Shown: one piece after another, positions 63,386 to 64,000 of the stretch
Position numbering within the stretch: the first letter of the stretch is position 1
Layout of the letters: each line of letters opens with the position of its first letter
NCBI RefSeq assembly: GCF_009914755.1
Contig: NC_060934.1
Origin: the human T2T-CHM13v2.0 reference genome, Homo sapiens
DNA: 64,000 nucleotides
Reading direction: 5' to 3' (one strand)
Made by a program: the position numbers and the translations under genes
The notes under the pieces: model-generated
What the model was told of the DNA's origin: nothing
Databases searched by the model: none
Seen by the model: the letters and a program-made list of their open reading frames with translations, nothing else

Positions 63386-64000
63386 AACTTACATACATTT
63401 TACTTTGGGAGTCTCTGCCATGACCTTATCTCTTCATTTTTATGAAAATAGCTTTTTTATTGCTGAGAATTCTCCTAAAAACCTAAAATTGATTTTAACT
63501 AACCACATTTTATATAATTGTGCCTTGACAAATTTTACTAAATTTGATTGATTTTTAAATATTTTATCACAGATCTTCTTAACATAAGCTAACTACATGC
63601 AGTCTTTCAAACTGGATATAGTCTATTCTTTTCCATTTATGTAATTGTTAATAAAATTATTGAAAGATAGTGTCCTCATACCTCTCAATGTTAAGATTCT
63701 CTTTAGGATCACCTTTTACATCTTTTTTTCCAATCCATATTGTGTAATTATTTTATCAGGTGTTTGTCAGGTTTCATATGAAGTCCCTCTGTCCATGAAT
63801 TTCTCATTGAAATAGCATAATTAAAAATAAAAAAGTACAGCTCATAAGTTTGTTATCCTGCTTGCATTGGTATATCTTTTTTAAAAGGATATAGATTTAT
63901 ACAGTCTTGGTTTGTCATTCAAACTTATGCTAGTTCATCTCTTTCAAAATATAGTTCTATTGCTCTCTCATATTTTCCTCATAGATGCTGGGTCCAACTA

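Overview
AT-rich, repeat-dense human intronic DNA. The human-specific pre-Ta L1HS diagnostic bases support the species call. There is one recognisable host coding exon: a 224-nt + strand internal exon of GPR158 (class C GPCR; recalled as exon 4) at 10487-10710, encoding the Cys-rich stalk and TM1. This copy encodes Gly at recalled residue 425. The rest is intronic and carries a full-length antisense L1HS pre-Ta (17001-23042; ORF1 and ORF0 intact, ORF2 disabled, YY1 site mutated), two 5'-truncated L1PA copies, a twin-primed L1PB, many Alus, solo LTRs, DNA-transposon MITEs, L2/MIR relics and microsatellites. I see no new protein-coding system. The best candidate for new biology is regulatory: a possibly de-repressed antisense L1 positioned to 'break' GPR158 between ectodomain+TM1 and the remaining TM/C-terminal exons. 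Subfamily names and consensus comparisons are from memory, and boundaries of old repeats are approximate.
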